This document shows positions 36,153 through 48,917 of a stretch of 64,000 bases of DNA, in pieces (the stretch's first letter is position 1; each line of letters opens with the position of its first letter). Location: the NCBI GenBank assembly GCA_028534125.1, contig CM052816.1, forward strand, positions 29,576,001-29,640,000, written 5' to 3'. This stretch comes from Lama glama. Lineage: Eukaryota. A model generated the notes under the pieces. It ran no database searches, was not told the origin of the DNA, and saw nothing but the letters and a program-made list of their open reading frames with translations. Position numbers and translations under genes: made by a program.

Positions 36153-37984
36153 TATCCCAGTCAAAATCCCAGCAAGTTATTTTGTGGATACTAACAAATT
36201 GATTCTAACTATTTATGAGAGGCAAAAGACCCAGAATAGCCAAAACAATACTGAAGGAGAAAAAGTGGAAGGACTGATACTATCCAATTTCAAGACTTAC
36301 TGTAAAGCTACAGTAATCAAGACAGTGTGGTTTTGGTGAAAGAATAGACAAATAAATAAGTGGAACAGAATAGAGAACGAAGAAAGAGACCCTGATCTAC
36401 AGTCAAGTGATCTTTTACAAAGGAGCAAAGGCAAAATAATGAAGCAAAGATGGTGCTGGAAAAACTGGGCAACCATGTGCAAAAAAATTAATCTAGACAC
36501 AAACCTTACACCATTCACAAAATCTAACTCAAAATGGATCACAGACCCAAAATTAAAGCACAAAACTCCTAGAAGATAAAATTAAAATTAAAAATCCTGG
36601 AAGCTAACATAAGAGAAACCTAGATGACCTTGAGATTGGTGATGACTCCTTAGCTATAATATCAAAGGCATAATTCATGAAAGAAACAATGGATAAGCTG
36701 AACTTCATTAAAACAAAAAACTAGTCTTTGAAAGACAATGTCAATAGAATGAGAAGACAAGCCACAGACTGGGAGAAAATATTTGCAAAAGATGCTTCTG
36801 ATAAAAGATTATTTTCCAAAATACACAAAGAACTCTTAAAATTCAACAGTGAGGTGAGGGGCGGGGAGGTGGGTATAGTTCAGTGGTAAAGTGCGTGGTT
36901 AGCATGCATGATGTTCTGGGTTCAATCCTAGTACATCTTAAAAAAATAAAATAAGAAAACAAACAACCTGATTGAAAATGGGCCAAAGACTATAACAGAT
37001 ACTTGATCAAAGAACATGTATAGATGCCAAATGAGCATATGGAAAAATGCTCCACGTTGTATGTCATTGGGGAAATACAAATTAAAACAACAGTGAAATA
37101 CTACTACATATTTATTAGAATGGCCAAAATCTGGAACACTGGCAATACCAAATGCTGATGAGGATGTGAGCAACAGGAATTCTCACCCACTGCTGGTGAG
37201 AATGCAAAATGGTACAGTCACATTGAAAGATAGTTTGACAATTTCTTACAAAACTGAATATACTCTTACCATACGACCCAGCAGTCATGCCCCTCAGAAT
37301 TTACCCAAAGGCGGTGAAAACTATGTCCACATAAAAACCTGCACATAAATGTTTATAGCAGCTTTATTTACAATTGCCAAGAATTAGAAGTGAACACTAT
37401 GTCCATCAGCAGATTAATGGGTAAGTAAACTGTGGTACTTCAAGACTATGGAATATTACTTAGTGCTAAAAAGAAATGAGCTCTTCAGCCATGATGAGTT
37501 ATGGAAGAACCTTAAAAGCATATTGCTAAGTGAAAGAAACTAACGTGAAAATCTACATACTTTATGACTCCAACTAGATGACATTCTGAAAAAAGCAGAA
37601 CTAAAAAGGTAGTAAAAAGATCAGTGATTGCTCTGGATTGGCAGTAGGGGTAACTAGCTAGAGCACAGAGGCTTTTTAAAAGGGTATTAAAAATTCTCTG
37701 TATGATACTATCAAGATGGATACATGTCATTTTACTTTTGTCCAAACCTATAGAATGTACCATACCAAGAGTGAACCCTAAGGTAAATGATAAACTTTGG
37801 TGATTATGTGTCAAGGGACGTCCATCGGTTGTCACATACGTACCGCCCTGCTTAGGGATATTGATAATGGAGAGGCTGTGCACGTGTGAGGGCAGGGATA
37901 TTTGGGAAATCTCTGTTTCTTCCTCTTCATTTTTTTGTGTACCTAAAACTTCTCTAAATAAATAAAGTCCTTAAAAAAAAAAAA
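36153..37984 (+). mobile_element. LINE-1 (L1MB/L1MC-like) ORF2 C-terminus plus 3' UTR with poly(A)
   Basis: caaaagacccagaatagccaaaacaatactgaagg..ttcaagacttactgtaaagctacagtaatcaagacagtgtgg; ends aaataaagtccttA12. Confidence 0.9.
36859..36953 (+). mobile_element. tRNA-derived SINE (Vic-1-like) inserted in L1
   Basis: GGGTATAGTTCAGTGGTAAAGTGCGTGGTTAGCATGCATGATGTTCTGGGTTCAATCC plus an A tail, interrupting an L1 ORF2 remnant. Confidence 0.82.
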
Positions 37985-40900
37985 GGAGGGAGGGCTATGA
38001 TTTGGTAAATCATCACAGCCTACCACTTCCCACTAGCCGAAAAGATGAGAAGAGGTAGGGAGATAAATTAATTAACAGACGTTTGGGGAATGTTCTTCAA
38101 GCTTGGGATAAATTACAAAAGACTGATATATTTTGAAAGCAAAGAAAAGAGATGGTGTGTGCAGGGGAAATAGAGGTTTTTTTAACCTAGTTAGATTATA
38201 AACAAAGCTTAGCAGGAACTATGCTTGCACTCACTCATGTATGTGTTATGGAATAACTGGTGAAGCAGAACACAAAATTTTCCAGCATAAGAAACTGCTA
38301 GCCTCTTTTCTGCCTAGGACAACATAGCAAATGCCCTTGAGTCGTCCTGTGTCTAGATGAGAGTCACTTGAGTGGCTCCTTTAATTACGCAGTATAAGCT
38401 TAGCTTATATATGCTTCTGCATAAAGATGATGGGAGAGTGAAGTTGAGAGACACACTCTGTCCATCAATATCTAACTCTCTCCATATATATATAAACCAG
38501 CAAAATTTTGTCAGTAATGAGCACATTAGGAAAAGAATACAACCTCATGAGATAAGCCAGAAAAAGTGATGTCCACTACACAAGTGTAAGATTCTGCTGA
38601 AGCTCAGTCAGTGTGACTCGACTTGCATCTCCCAGAAGCAATCCTAGAAAGTTAAAAACAAATCCTTAGAATTTTCACAAATTATCCCCAGAAAGAAATG
38701 GACTGAGAATATATCTTTATTTTTTCCCCTCTTCTGCCTAGGGCAGTAGACATAGCTGCTTAGTTCATTTTTGATTGAGAGGAAGAGGACACCATGACAA
38801 CCTCACTTGAACCTTTGGTCCAGTGCTGAGGGATGATGCCCATCCTATCCAATTATGTGAGGCCAAAATCTTCCCCACCTGCTTTTTTCTCCCCTTAAAT
38901 TGGTTTGAGTTTAATTCTGTTTCTGTCACTTTGGATCACAAGACTAATAAATGATAACTTACAGTCCAACCAGCATGAAAGTTCCAATTTTCCTGACTGG
39001 GAAATAATAGCTTGTTGGGTTTTAAAAAATAAAAAATAAAAGTATAGACACCAGGCAGAAAATTATTTCCACAGAAAAACATCTAACAGCTCTGAATGAA
39101 CAGAAAGAAGCAGAGTTGATAAATGGATGATTTAGTTATTCTGAATTTACCTGCTGATTTTTCCTTCCCATATAGTAGAGGAAAGAAAAAAGAAAAACGC
39201 TTTTAAGAGAGAAATTCAGTAAGCAACTTTCTAAAATAAAAAAACAAACCCGTATTTCTGTAACTGAAATTGCTAGAAATTCAAATGGCAACAATTTCCC
39301 TGTGTTCTGGAAGAACACTGCCATATTCTCAGTACAGAGGCTTGTCATTATAGCTCCTGAACCAAAAGCATCCATAAAGAGAGTGCTCCAGGTTGTAAAT
39401 AGTGCTTTAATTAAGGCACATCTATCTGAACTAATAACGGATTTTTAGTAACTAGGATCTTTTGCTTTCTGAATCTTAAGAGCTTGAGGTAGATAAAAGA
39501 AATGCCTTTTTGCTATACATGAAAAAGTCACTTTCACTGTATTTCTGGGAAAAAAATCTCACCCTCAAGTTTGTTTTTTTCAGAAATGAAATTAGAAAAT
39601 CTATAGGATGGTATTTTTATAGGTTTCTAACTTTCTCATATTGATAATGAAGTTTGGTGTCTAACATAGTAAATTTGTTTGCTTAATATTTGTCCCAGAA
39701 AGTTTTTACCCTGGAAAAGAAGGGGGATAAGATTTTGAAAGCTTCTCATAAAAGAGTAGGAATGGAGACGGGCTGCTGATTAACAGTGTTACATGACTGG
39801 CATTTTACTAATGTAGTGAAACAATAGGAGAATATGGCAGGGCAAGCCGTTTTGGGTAGGTAAGGTTAAGACTGATTTCAGTGTTTGAAGTAATCAGAGG
39901 ACATCCCTGGTAGAAGCTAGTTGGAGAAATGGGATTGGAGCTCAGGAATGGTTACAGAGCTAGTAATACAAAACTGAGAGCTAGCCATGAAAACTGTCAA
40001 GAGTTGACCCTCAGAAAGGTAGATGGTTTCTAAGGGAGAAAGAGTGAAGAAAGCAAAGAATGGAGAACAAAGAACTGAAGCTTAATGACTACGCAATAGG
40101 AGTAATCAGAGTTCAACTCGTCTAATGTAGTCAGGTGATGGGAGAGGCATCAAAGAAATAAAGCAGAAACTTTTTAAGAAGAATGTTGCTTGAAGGGAAA
40201 AAAAGTGCTCCTCAGACTGTAAAAATAATCAAAGTCCAATAAGAGAGCATTAGGTGTAGGATTTTAGGAGATCATTAGTGATCTTCTAAATACATGATAA
40301 GACATGAGGAGGCATCAGCTGGCAGTAATATCTATAAATTCTCTTTGTCTTTGTACTTATTCATTGTCCTTTTCTCCAGGCGGGTACTGTAAGAGGAAAA
40401 CTATGAAGAAAATTACAAGGCTCTGAAGAATTAGCCCACCATGAGGGACTCAATCCTTCAGCCAAGCCTTGACTCTGACCTGGGCACTGAGAGCTCTTGA
40501 ATAGATGAAGACAGAATATCTTTTTTTTTTCTTTCCTTCCTTCCTTTTTCTTTTTCCTTTTTTTTTTTTCTTTCCATTATTTCTTTTTATAATCTTTTTG
40601 CTTTAATTTTTGTTTTAAATGTTCCCAATATCTGGAGCTCTGCCAGGGAAAGGTGCTGACTGGAGAATACCTAGTCTACAAGAAACAGAAGGGCAATGGT
40701 TTCCTAGGCTTCAGTCAGAGAACAAGTCCTTTCTAGCACTGGCTCTGGACCACCGTCCTGAAATCTAATTAGTTGCTTCTCCGACCTTGATTGCTACTTT
40801 GAAAAGAGGCTTTAAAACCTGTTGAGTCTCCCAAGCTTGCCACGCCCTGCTGCCTTATTTAGTCAGCAACCTTGCCCTGCCCAGACCTCTTGCTGTCTGA

Positions 40901-41554
40901 CCACACTGCTTAGCTAACCTCATTTGTGTCACACCCTATGGCCTATGCCCCCTCTTGAAAGGTCCATTTAAGAGCTAGCTCCTTACACAAATGGAAAGAC
41001 ATTATGAATTCTTGATGGAGTAAAAATCAAGGATATAAGGCATCCAGGGTGGACTTGGAGGGGTTGGACTTGTCAATCCTAAGTGTGGGAATAGAGACGT
41101 TTGGCTAGAGAGGATAGAAGTGGGGCAAGAAAGGTTAAATTTGATTGTCTCCATCTTCCCTGCCAAGTAAGATGCAAATCCTTTCAAGGAGGGAATAAGA
41201 ATTGTATAGTATGAGAATTATGTTTTAATAAATTTGTTTAAAAAAAGAAGTGCATGTAAGAGATGGGATAGGATTAGAAAAGTATTGAGTTTAAAAGTCT
41301 TTCATATTAGCATGGCAGTTCCTAGTTATGGATCCCCTTAATGATGTTTTTATATGGAGGAATAGCAATTGCCTATATGTTCCTCTCTTCCTTTCTCGTT
41401 GAAATATTAGAGTGCTCCAAAGGTTTCCACAGAACCTGTTCGATTTCTAGCAGTCATTCCAGGGGAAGAACAAATGGAACATATAACTATATGTTTCCTA
41501 ATCAACAAATGCAGACATGGTGGATATACTAAATATTCTAATGCATAAATAATA

Positions 41555-41975
41555 CTTATACAGTCTGTTTAAGCTGTACATAACAGACTATGCAACCAGT
41601 GGTGGCCTAAATAATACAGAAATATAATTGTGTCATAAAATAGTTCCAGCATGGTGCAGCAACAAAATGGGATTTCCTCTGATGGGCACAAATGGACTAT
41701 AGCAGCTCCAGATAAATTTGCTCGCCAGAAAACATATAGGAAAGCAAGAAGAATGGGGGAGGGAAGAGGCATTCTCCTTACTTTCTACTTTTCTTTTACT
41801 GGGGAAGAAAATCTCTCTGGGAAGTTACCCATGGCCAAAAATGGGTCACATTGCAAACACCTAGCTTCAAGGGAGGCTGGGGAAGTGAATAGCTGGCTTT
41901 TTAGCCTTAGAGAAAGGAGTAAAATAAAGGAGGGGACTGGAAGTGGTTTTTAGGTAAGGCTCCCAAACTGTTACA
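41555..41975. mobile_element. MaLR (MLT1-like) LTR relic
   Basis: tggccaaaaatgggtcacattgcaaacacctagcttcaagggaggctggggaagtgaatag is typical of MLT1J/K-type elements. Confidence 0.55.
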
Positions 41976-42341
41976 TGATTCACCGGGAAAAAGATAATAC
42001 AACCAAAAAAATGCTTGCTTGAGGAACTTCCAATATGAGCAGATTTCATTTAAACTAAGGTACAACTCAAAAACTGAGAACTAAGATTTGAAAAACAAAA
42101 AATGGCATGTTTGAGTAGTGAACAAAACTTCCAAAACCAAAACATGAGCATATGAAACTATGTTATGAAAATAAATCTGATTAAGATAGCTTTCTGTTTT
42201 GGATTCCACTCAGTTTGGGAGGTCTGCAGATTTCTTATAGTACCAGCTAACTTTTCCTGGAATTCTCCTTTATCACCTTCACAGCAGCTACCTAGGGGAC
42301 CAAGAGTCCAGATGTTCCATCTCAAGTAAGTTAGTTGAGAG

Positions 42342-42487
42342 GGGAGACGGTATAGCTCAGTGGTAGAGTGCATGCTTAGTATGCACAAGGTCCTGGGTTC
42401 AATCTTCAGTACCTCCATTAAAAAATAGATAAATAAATAAACCTAAATACCTCCTCTTACCCCCACTCACCCCTCAAAAAAAGCAAA
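42342..42487 (+). mobile_element. tRNA-derived SINE (Vic-1-like)
   Basis: GGTATAGCTCAGTGGTAGAGTGCATGCTTAGTATGCACAAGGTCCTGGGTTCAATC. Perfect TSD TCAAGTAAGTTAGTTGAGAG at 42322-42341 and 42488-42507. Confidence 0.92.
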
Positions 42488-42783
42488 TCAAGTAAGTTAG
42501 TTGAGAGTGTTTCTAACTACTCCTAATCACGGTATTTGTTTTTCTTTCCATTCAATTTTGGATTGGGTCACATTTAACATCTCTATACTTCTCAAAGAGG
42601 TTTTAAGTAAAACACTACAAATCCTAAATACTAGAAGATGAAAAAAAAGTGCTGATATTTGGAGAAATAAAACCTAGTTCTCAGACCTTGGATCCCTACA
42701 AAAATTGAAAACTTAGAAAAACAACTGTTTTTCATTCAGACTGCGACCAAGTGACTTCTCAGCTCAAAGAATATCCTTTGAAC

Positions 42784-43213
42784 TGTGGGCAAGGCCTGCC
42801 ATATCAGTAAACTAAGGATGGTGGGCCATCAAGACATCAGCCACTGCAACCACCTGACTATGTACCCTGAGGAGATTCAGGATGAAGAAAAACAGGATAC
42901 TGGAGAAAAACAGGATAACAGATAATTACTGTGTATACCAAAGGAATAATTTCAATAAGCCCAGACTCTTCTCATACAAAGTGCTAAATTCATTAACTTG
43001 AGATGTCTGGTTTTCTTTAATTAACAGTAATTTTTTATTTAAAAAAATTTTTTTTTGTAAAAACTGCTATGTATCTTGGCTCCTTCCTTACCTCTCTGGA
43101 ACAATCCCTCAGAGCTATCTGAAAGCCTGTCTCTTGGGCTTAAGTCCTCAGTATGTCCACCAAATAAAACATAGTTCTCAACTTTTAGGTTGCACAATTA
43201 TTTTCCATCAACG
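42784..43213 (+). mobile_element. ERV1-type solo LTR
   Basis: Starts TGTGGG, has AATAAA at ~43164 and ends ..catcaac(g). Near 4-bp TSD gaac/gtac. Confidence 0.65.
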
Positions 43214-43604
43214 GTACCTTTTTTATTATACAAAATGAAACAAGAAACCACACTTATTTTTCACTGTTACTAATAAATGGAGTAATTGTTCATACATTCT
43301 AGCTTTAACAACTTTGACTACATTGACCCTTAGATTTTTATTTTTAAAAAAGGAAATACAAAACTGATCAAAAAGAGCACCCTATGCACTGTTACGAGAG
43401 TGTATAGTATAGAAAAAAAGTTATTTAGACACATTCAAAAGTTAGGCTTCAATTTCTGTGTCTTTTCCACTGTATCACAGCTGACTCCATCTAAGGATAA
43501 ATAGGAAAAATTATTACCAAACTCTGATTATAATTAAGAATATTCTTTCCAAAGATTGTACACAAAAGACATTAAAGAAGAAAGAAGATTCACAAATAAG
43601 AATC

Positions 43605-44142
43605 TATGGGGGTCCACTCAGAACCCCAGAGTTGGTATGAAGACTATTTTAAGCTAAAGACCTTTGAGATTCAACAGATGCAGAAAGAAGCTGCCTTGGA
43701 GCTTCCCTTATTAAAAGCAGAAACTTTGGGGAAAGGAAGTTGCCATAAATTCCCTCTTCTGGCAGCTTTTACTCCCAGGAAGGAAGCCATGAGTAGACCT
43801 ATCAAAAATCCCCTCTCTGGAGAGATTTATAGATTTGAAGAGGAAGGACCACAGGTACCTGCACAGACAAACATTATCACAAACTTTTTATCTCTCCTTT
43901 GTTCTCCTAAAACCCATTTTTCTCCCTTAAAGAAACTTACAACTCTTCCCATAGAAGCCTTTTCTCCCCTCTCCTTTTCCCTTATTAAGTCAAATCTATG
44001 AACCTCTAACTAACCATGGAATGAGCTAGCTATTTCTTTTGTTCTCTTATGCATACAAGTAAATTTTTTCTTCAGTTTAATTTGCAGGTCCCCAATTACT
44101 ATACATAAGAAGGTAGAGGAAAAATATTTTTCCTGTCCAACA
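43605..44142 (+). mobile_element. MER34/MER39-like solo LTR
   Basis: tattttaagctaaagacctttgaga..; ends aagaaggtagaggaaaaatatttttcctgtccaaca, similar to recalled MER34/39 termini. Confidence 0.7.
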
Positions 44143-44145
44143 AGT

Positions 44146-44985
44146 AAGCCAGTTTCCACAAATGGTACTATTGGCATTTTTGGTGAGCCAGTTCTTTGTT
44201 GCATGGGACTGTCCCATAATTCAGGGCATTAAGTGTTCCTGGCTCCTGCCAGTAGTGCTCCCACGCTCCATTCCTCCCCATCTCACAACGTGTCAACCAG
44301 ATATAACCTACACATATCCTCAGTAGGATTGCCAGATAAATTTTAGATTTCACATTCTTATAGAGTAGTTTTTTAAACTAAAAAAATAGTTCATTGTTTC
44401 TCTGAAATTCAGATTTAACTGAGCTTCTTATATTTTTTAAAAGACTGATTTTCTTGTAGAGCAATTTTAGGTACACAACAAAATTAAGAGGAAAGTACAG
44501 AGATTTCCCATAGACACTTACCCCTACACGAGCATAGCTTCCCCCTTTATTAAAGTCTCCTACTAGAAGGTTACATTTATTACAACTGATGCACCTACAT
44601 TAACACCTCATTAACAAGAGCATAGTTTACATTACCATTCACTCTTGGTGTTGTACATTTTATGGGTTGGACAAATGTGTAATGACATGTATCGACTATT
44701 ATGATATCTTCCAGAGCAGTTTCATTGCCCTAAAAATCCTCTGTCGGGAATGGGGTATAGCTCAGTGGTAGAACGCGTGTTGAGCATGCACGAGGTTCTG
44801 GGTTCAGTTCCCAGTACCTACACTAATAAAATATATATATAAATATATATATGAAAATTAAAATAAATAAATAAACTTTAAAAACCCTCTGTGCTCCAAC
44901 TCCTTGTATTTTTATACCCTAAGTCTTGGAATCCTAACCTAAGGGCTCCCTAAAAAGGTGGTACCACCCCTCATGAGAGATACCT
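44146..44985. mobile_element. nested MER20 > MER53 > L1 3' fragment (44436-44897, minus) > SINE
   Basis: MER20-like start (gtactattggcatttttgg..gggactgtccc) and MER53-like segment (ggattgccagataaa..tctgaaattcagatttaactg), split by an antisense L1 end. Confidence 0.6.
44745..44878 (+). mobile_element. tRNA-derived SINE (Vic-1-like) nested in an L1 3' fragment
   Basis: A/B-box head and (TA)-rich tail. TSD TAAAAA(T/C)CCTCTGT at 44731-44744 and 44879-44892. Confidence 0.88.
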
Positions 44986-46486
44986 CCTCTCAGAAAGCCT
45001 CACTAACTTGCTGAACATTCTAGAGTTGAAAATGCTGCAATCATCCACTCGTTCAGCAAATATTGGTTTGCAATATTTTAAAGTGTTTACTAGGTATCTT
45101 AAGCTTCATTTGATATTGTAAAGCACAAAAATAAATAAGACATAATCCCAAATCTCCAGGGACTATAAAACGCTGGATCCTCCAAATCACCTAAACAACC
45201 TGAGAGTAAGACAAAGCTGAGTTTATTGCATGCTAGGGTGGAGAGACTCATGAAAGAGTCTCAGTGATCTGTCAGAGAAGAAAGGGCAAATATGGGATAT
45301 TTATTGAGATTTTGAAGTTTGGTTTAAGGCATGTCTTTTAATTAGAGGAGGGGGGTGTTGATTAGGATTGGGTATGGATCAGTATGTGGATCACATGGAT
45401 GGTATAGTTTAGAATTACCGGACACAGCAAGGTGAGAATTTCTGCCAAGTTTCAGATTGTAAACTGTTGTTTGTTATCTTTTATTGAGGAGTTAATGATT
45501 CTCCCAGGAAATTCCACCATGTGACATTTTCCTTTAGATCAAATAGTTAATGCTTATTTGCCTTTTCCTGGGAAAACCAATAATTATCGTGGATAGTTAT
45601 GCTTAGAATTTCAGGGGTACACTCCTGCTTTTCATAGCTGTACAACCAAGACCTCAGAGACCGTGAATTTCTCTGTGATTCTTAGGTGACCTCTGCCAAA
45701 TGTGGGTGACCTTTTGTTGTGTTCTGAAGATGACTTTAGGCATGAGACTGCTTCTCCCTATTTACTGTTTTAGCTCAAAAAGGCCATAAACTTCCCAAAG
45801 AGAATTTATAAGTTTTTCGGAGTAAAGTTTATTAGCTAGAACATGATGTATCCTACGGAGATAAATACTGTACTTCTGACAGACTGTAGGCTGTTCAGAA
45901 CACTGCCAGGCCAGTAACTAAGACACAATCAAGATAGTACTGGCTTTTTCAGGCAGTGGATTCCCAACTCTTCTGAAATAACAATGTCTTTCAGTAGCAT
46001 CTGTTCAAGCAGCTCTGGAACGGAGGAAATCTCTTCTTCTGAAACCTAGACGTGAACAGGCCTTTTGTGAGTTAAAATGAACTTCCCAGTGTGATTTGTC
46101 TAACAACAGCAGTCACAGCAGCTAAACTAGTAGGAACGTCAGCAGCTTGTTCAGGGGACTTCTTTAAAATTTGATATTCCTTCATATTGTGCAGTCTTGG
46201 ATTCTCACTGGAAACACACTACAGTTCTCTTTTTTAACATCTTACTTTTGAATATTTGTTATTGGAATATACTATAGGTACTTTGTTTAAATAAAATGAA
46301 TGTGATTTGTTTAAATATAAAATTTACTTTCAATAGTCAATAACATTTAAAACATATTAATGATAAAGTGATTTTTGGAAGGCAGGATTTCAGAAATTTT
46401 TCTTTGTTATCATAGTGGGCTTTTATTTTAAATAAATTTCTTTGATAAATATAATTATGCTTTTATCTAACATTTTATTTAAAACG

Positions 46487-46829
46487 TTTTTTTAATTTTA
46501 TTTTTTACTGAAATGTAGTTGATTTATAATGTCGATTTCAGGTGTACAGCAAAGTGATCCAGTTATACATATACTTACATATATATGTATATTTTCAGAT
46601 TCTTTTCCATTATAGCTTGTTACAGAAATTGAATATAGGTGGGAGGGTATAGCTGAAGTGGTAGAATGCATGCTTAACATGCACAAGGTCCTGGGTTCAA
46701 TCCCCAGTACCTCCATTAAAAAAATAATTAAATAAATAAGCCCAATTACCTCCCCCCAAAAAAGAAATTGAATATAGTTCCCTGTGCTATACAATAGATT
46801 CTTATTGTTTATCTATTTTATATATAGTG
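46487..46829 (-). mobile_element. LINE-1 3' end (SINE-interrupted), probably carrying a 3' transduction
   Basis: actgaaatgtagttgatttataatg..tttcaggtgtacagcaaagtga..gaatatagttccctgtgctatacaatag. Confidence 0.85.
46639..46762 (+). mobile_element. tRNA-derived SINE (Vic-1-like) nested in an L1 3' end
   Basis: A/B-box head. Perfect TSD AGAAATTGAATATAG at 46624-46638 and 46763-46777. Confidence 0.9.
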
Positions 46830-47315
46830 CTGGAAAACACACCATAGTTCTTTGTGTATAAGCTTACCTCTTATGAAATCCTATCACCTTTTCTGTTGTG
46901 TATTTCTGATTATTGTTATAATACTTTAAATCCGACTACTTTCCTGGAGAACCCATGACTCTACCCTCTGTAAAATCTGTGCCCTGAAGAGATTTATTAG
47001 AAATATCTTTAGAAAATCCTGACTTAACTTTGTTTTTTGATGGGTCATATTTTAAAACTAAAACAGATAATTATTATGTAAAATTTTAAAAATAGGTAAA
47101 AATCAAATTCACTTCACCCCTAGAGTACAACTCTTTGCCAGGTGGAAAAGTCTGCACAGATGGCAGAATTCATTGTGCTCCCTAGGACTCGTTAGCTAGA
47201 TAAGAGCAATAACATTTACAGGGAGGGTAGATATCCTTTGGGGCAGTGCATGAAATTGAAGTGCTCTGGAGACAAGGAGGGTTCAGGAGGAGCCCAATTA
47301 AGAATGGCCAACAAA

Positions 47316-47409
47316 GAATATGAAAACAATTATATGTATGTACGTATATGACTGAAACATTGTGCTGTACACCAGAAATTGACACATTGTAACTGATAAA
47401 TAAACAAAT

Positions 47410-47485
<76 letters not shown>
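47316..47485 (+). mobile_element. short L1 3' fragment with an (AAGT)10(AAAT)9 tail
   Basis: TSD TAAGAATGGCCAACAAA at 47299-47315 and 47486-47502. Confidence 0.88.

Positions 47486-47486
<1 letters not shown>
47411..47486 (+). repeat. compound tetranucleotide microsatellite (AAGT)10(AAAT)9
   Basis: Counted directly. Confidence 0.95.
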
Positions 47487-47488
<2 letters not shown>

Positions 47489-48917
47489 GAATGGCCAACA
47501 AATTAAAGAATTATGAATTTTTTGTTTCCTGAGGCGGTAGCTATTATCAAAACAGGATCTCATACAAAAGGTAAAAGGAAATGCCCTGGCATTCAACTAA
47601 GATCCTAGACTTCATGATACGTCAAAAAAGCTAAATCTTTGGAGAGGTTCCCAGAATCTATTATAGAATGGCATTAAACAGAGTTTACAATCTAGCCAAG
47701 TGAGAGAAGCATGTAAGGTAGTAAATGCAATAAGGGATGTAAGTACTATGACAGAAATAATATGAGGGGCAATATGTAGGGAAGTACAATATGCAGGGAA
47801 TGGTCAGTTCTTAACAGGGAAGGCGGGTAATAATGCCTCAGAAACAGTGGCTTAGGGAAAAGGATCTTGGAGGTAAGTCTTTGGAAGATGAGGATGAGCA
47901 GGGAAGAGGGAATGCCTTCCAGGTAATGTGAGTAACTCAAGCAAAGGCTATGAAACAGGGTGGCCAATCCAGGACTTGCAAATATTTTGGGTGGCTAGAA
48001 CAATGAGGTGACGAATAAGACATGGTGAGTTTATTACGGAAAATGTAGGTACCTCGATCCGTGCCTCAAATAAAGCAATTTAAAGGAAAGGAATTATTTT
48101 GGTAAAAGCATAATTCTTGATTAATAAATAGAGTGCTTTACCTGAAAAGCTTCTGTTTTAACTATTATAAATATATCTTGATCCTGGTAGTCTTACTTAT
48201 TTTTTAACTGCCCTAAAACTTAGCTTTAAGAAAAGAATTATGCCACATGTTCAATTCTGTTGATATACTTTCTACTACCATAATCTAGTTGCTGCAAATT
48301 TTTGAAACTTCATTCAGGATAAGCATAAATTTGTGCAAATATACCTACTTTTAACCAGATGTTATTCAACTTAAAAAGCAGTCATGTTCCAATATCCAAC
48401 TTCAAAAAGCGATTGTTAGACATGGCCAATATTCTTATACCTGAATAACAAATATACATTTGTGTATGTGTCTGTATGTGTGCGTGTATCTGTATATATG
48501 TACCCATAAGTGTCATTTTCTATTTTTGTAGTATCCTTTGACAACCTAAAACCAACATTCCATGCTAGCACTTAATAGTTTTCTGATTATTATTATGTAA
48601 CATTCTTGTTAGTAAACATTGTACCTGGTACAAGTATTACAGTAAACCAGCTGAAGCACAATTCAGTGCCCTTAACCAGGTAGGTTTTTATACATAAGTA
48701 ATGTAGAACGTAATGGTAGACACAGGAACATGTCATAGCCTTGTTCTCTTTACTTTTTTGATCTTAAGTTTAGAGAGTTAAGCTAATAATCATACTTCCT
48801 TACTCATGGCACACTGCCATCATTTAGGCAACTCTTCCTCCCATCTCTTCACTTTTTAAAAATTTTAGGAATAATATTTTATACATGTACTCTTATTCCC
48901 CAGGATTTAGATGGAAG

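Noticed and set aside
42341..42420. tRNA-gene-like A/B boxes (also at 16420-16490, 36870-36930, 44750-44820, 46640-46715)
   Set aside because: A-rich tails, TSDs and dispersed diverged copies identify these as SINEs rather than tRNA genes.
43606..44001. 131-aa ORF
   Set aside because: It lies wholly within an LTR relic, with no gag/pol/env motifs recognised.
45165..45770. Possible degraded antisense LTR
   Set aside because: It looks LTR-like, but I could not fix its termini or family with enough confidence to call it.
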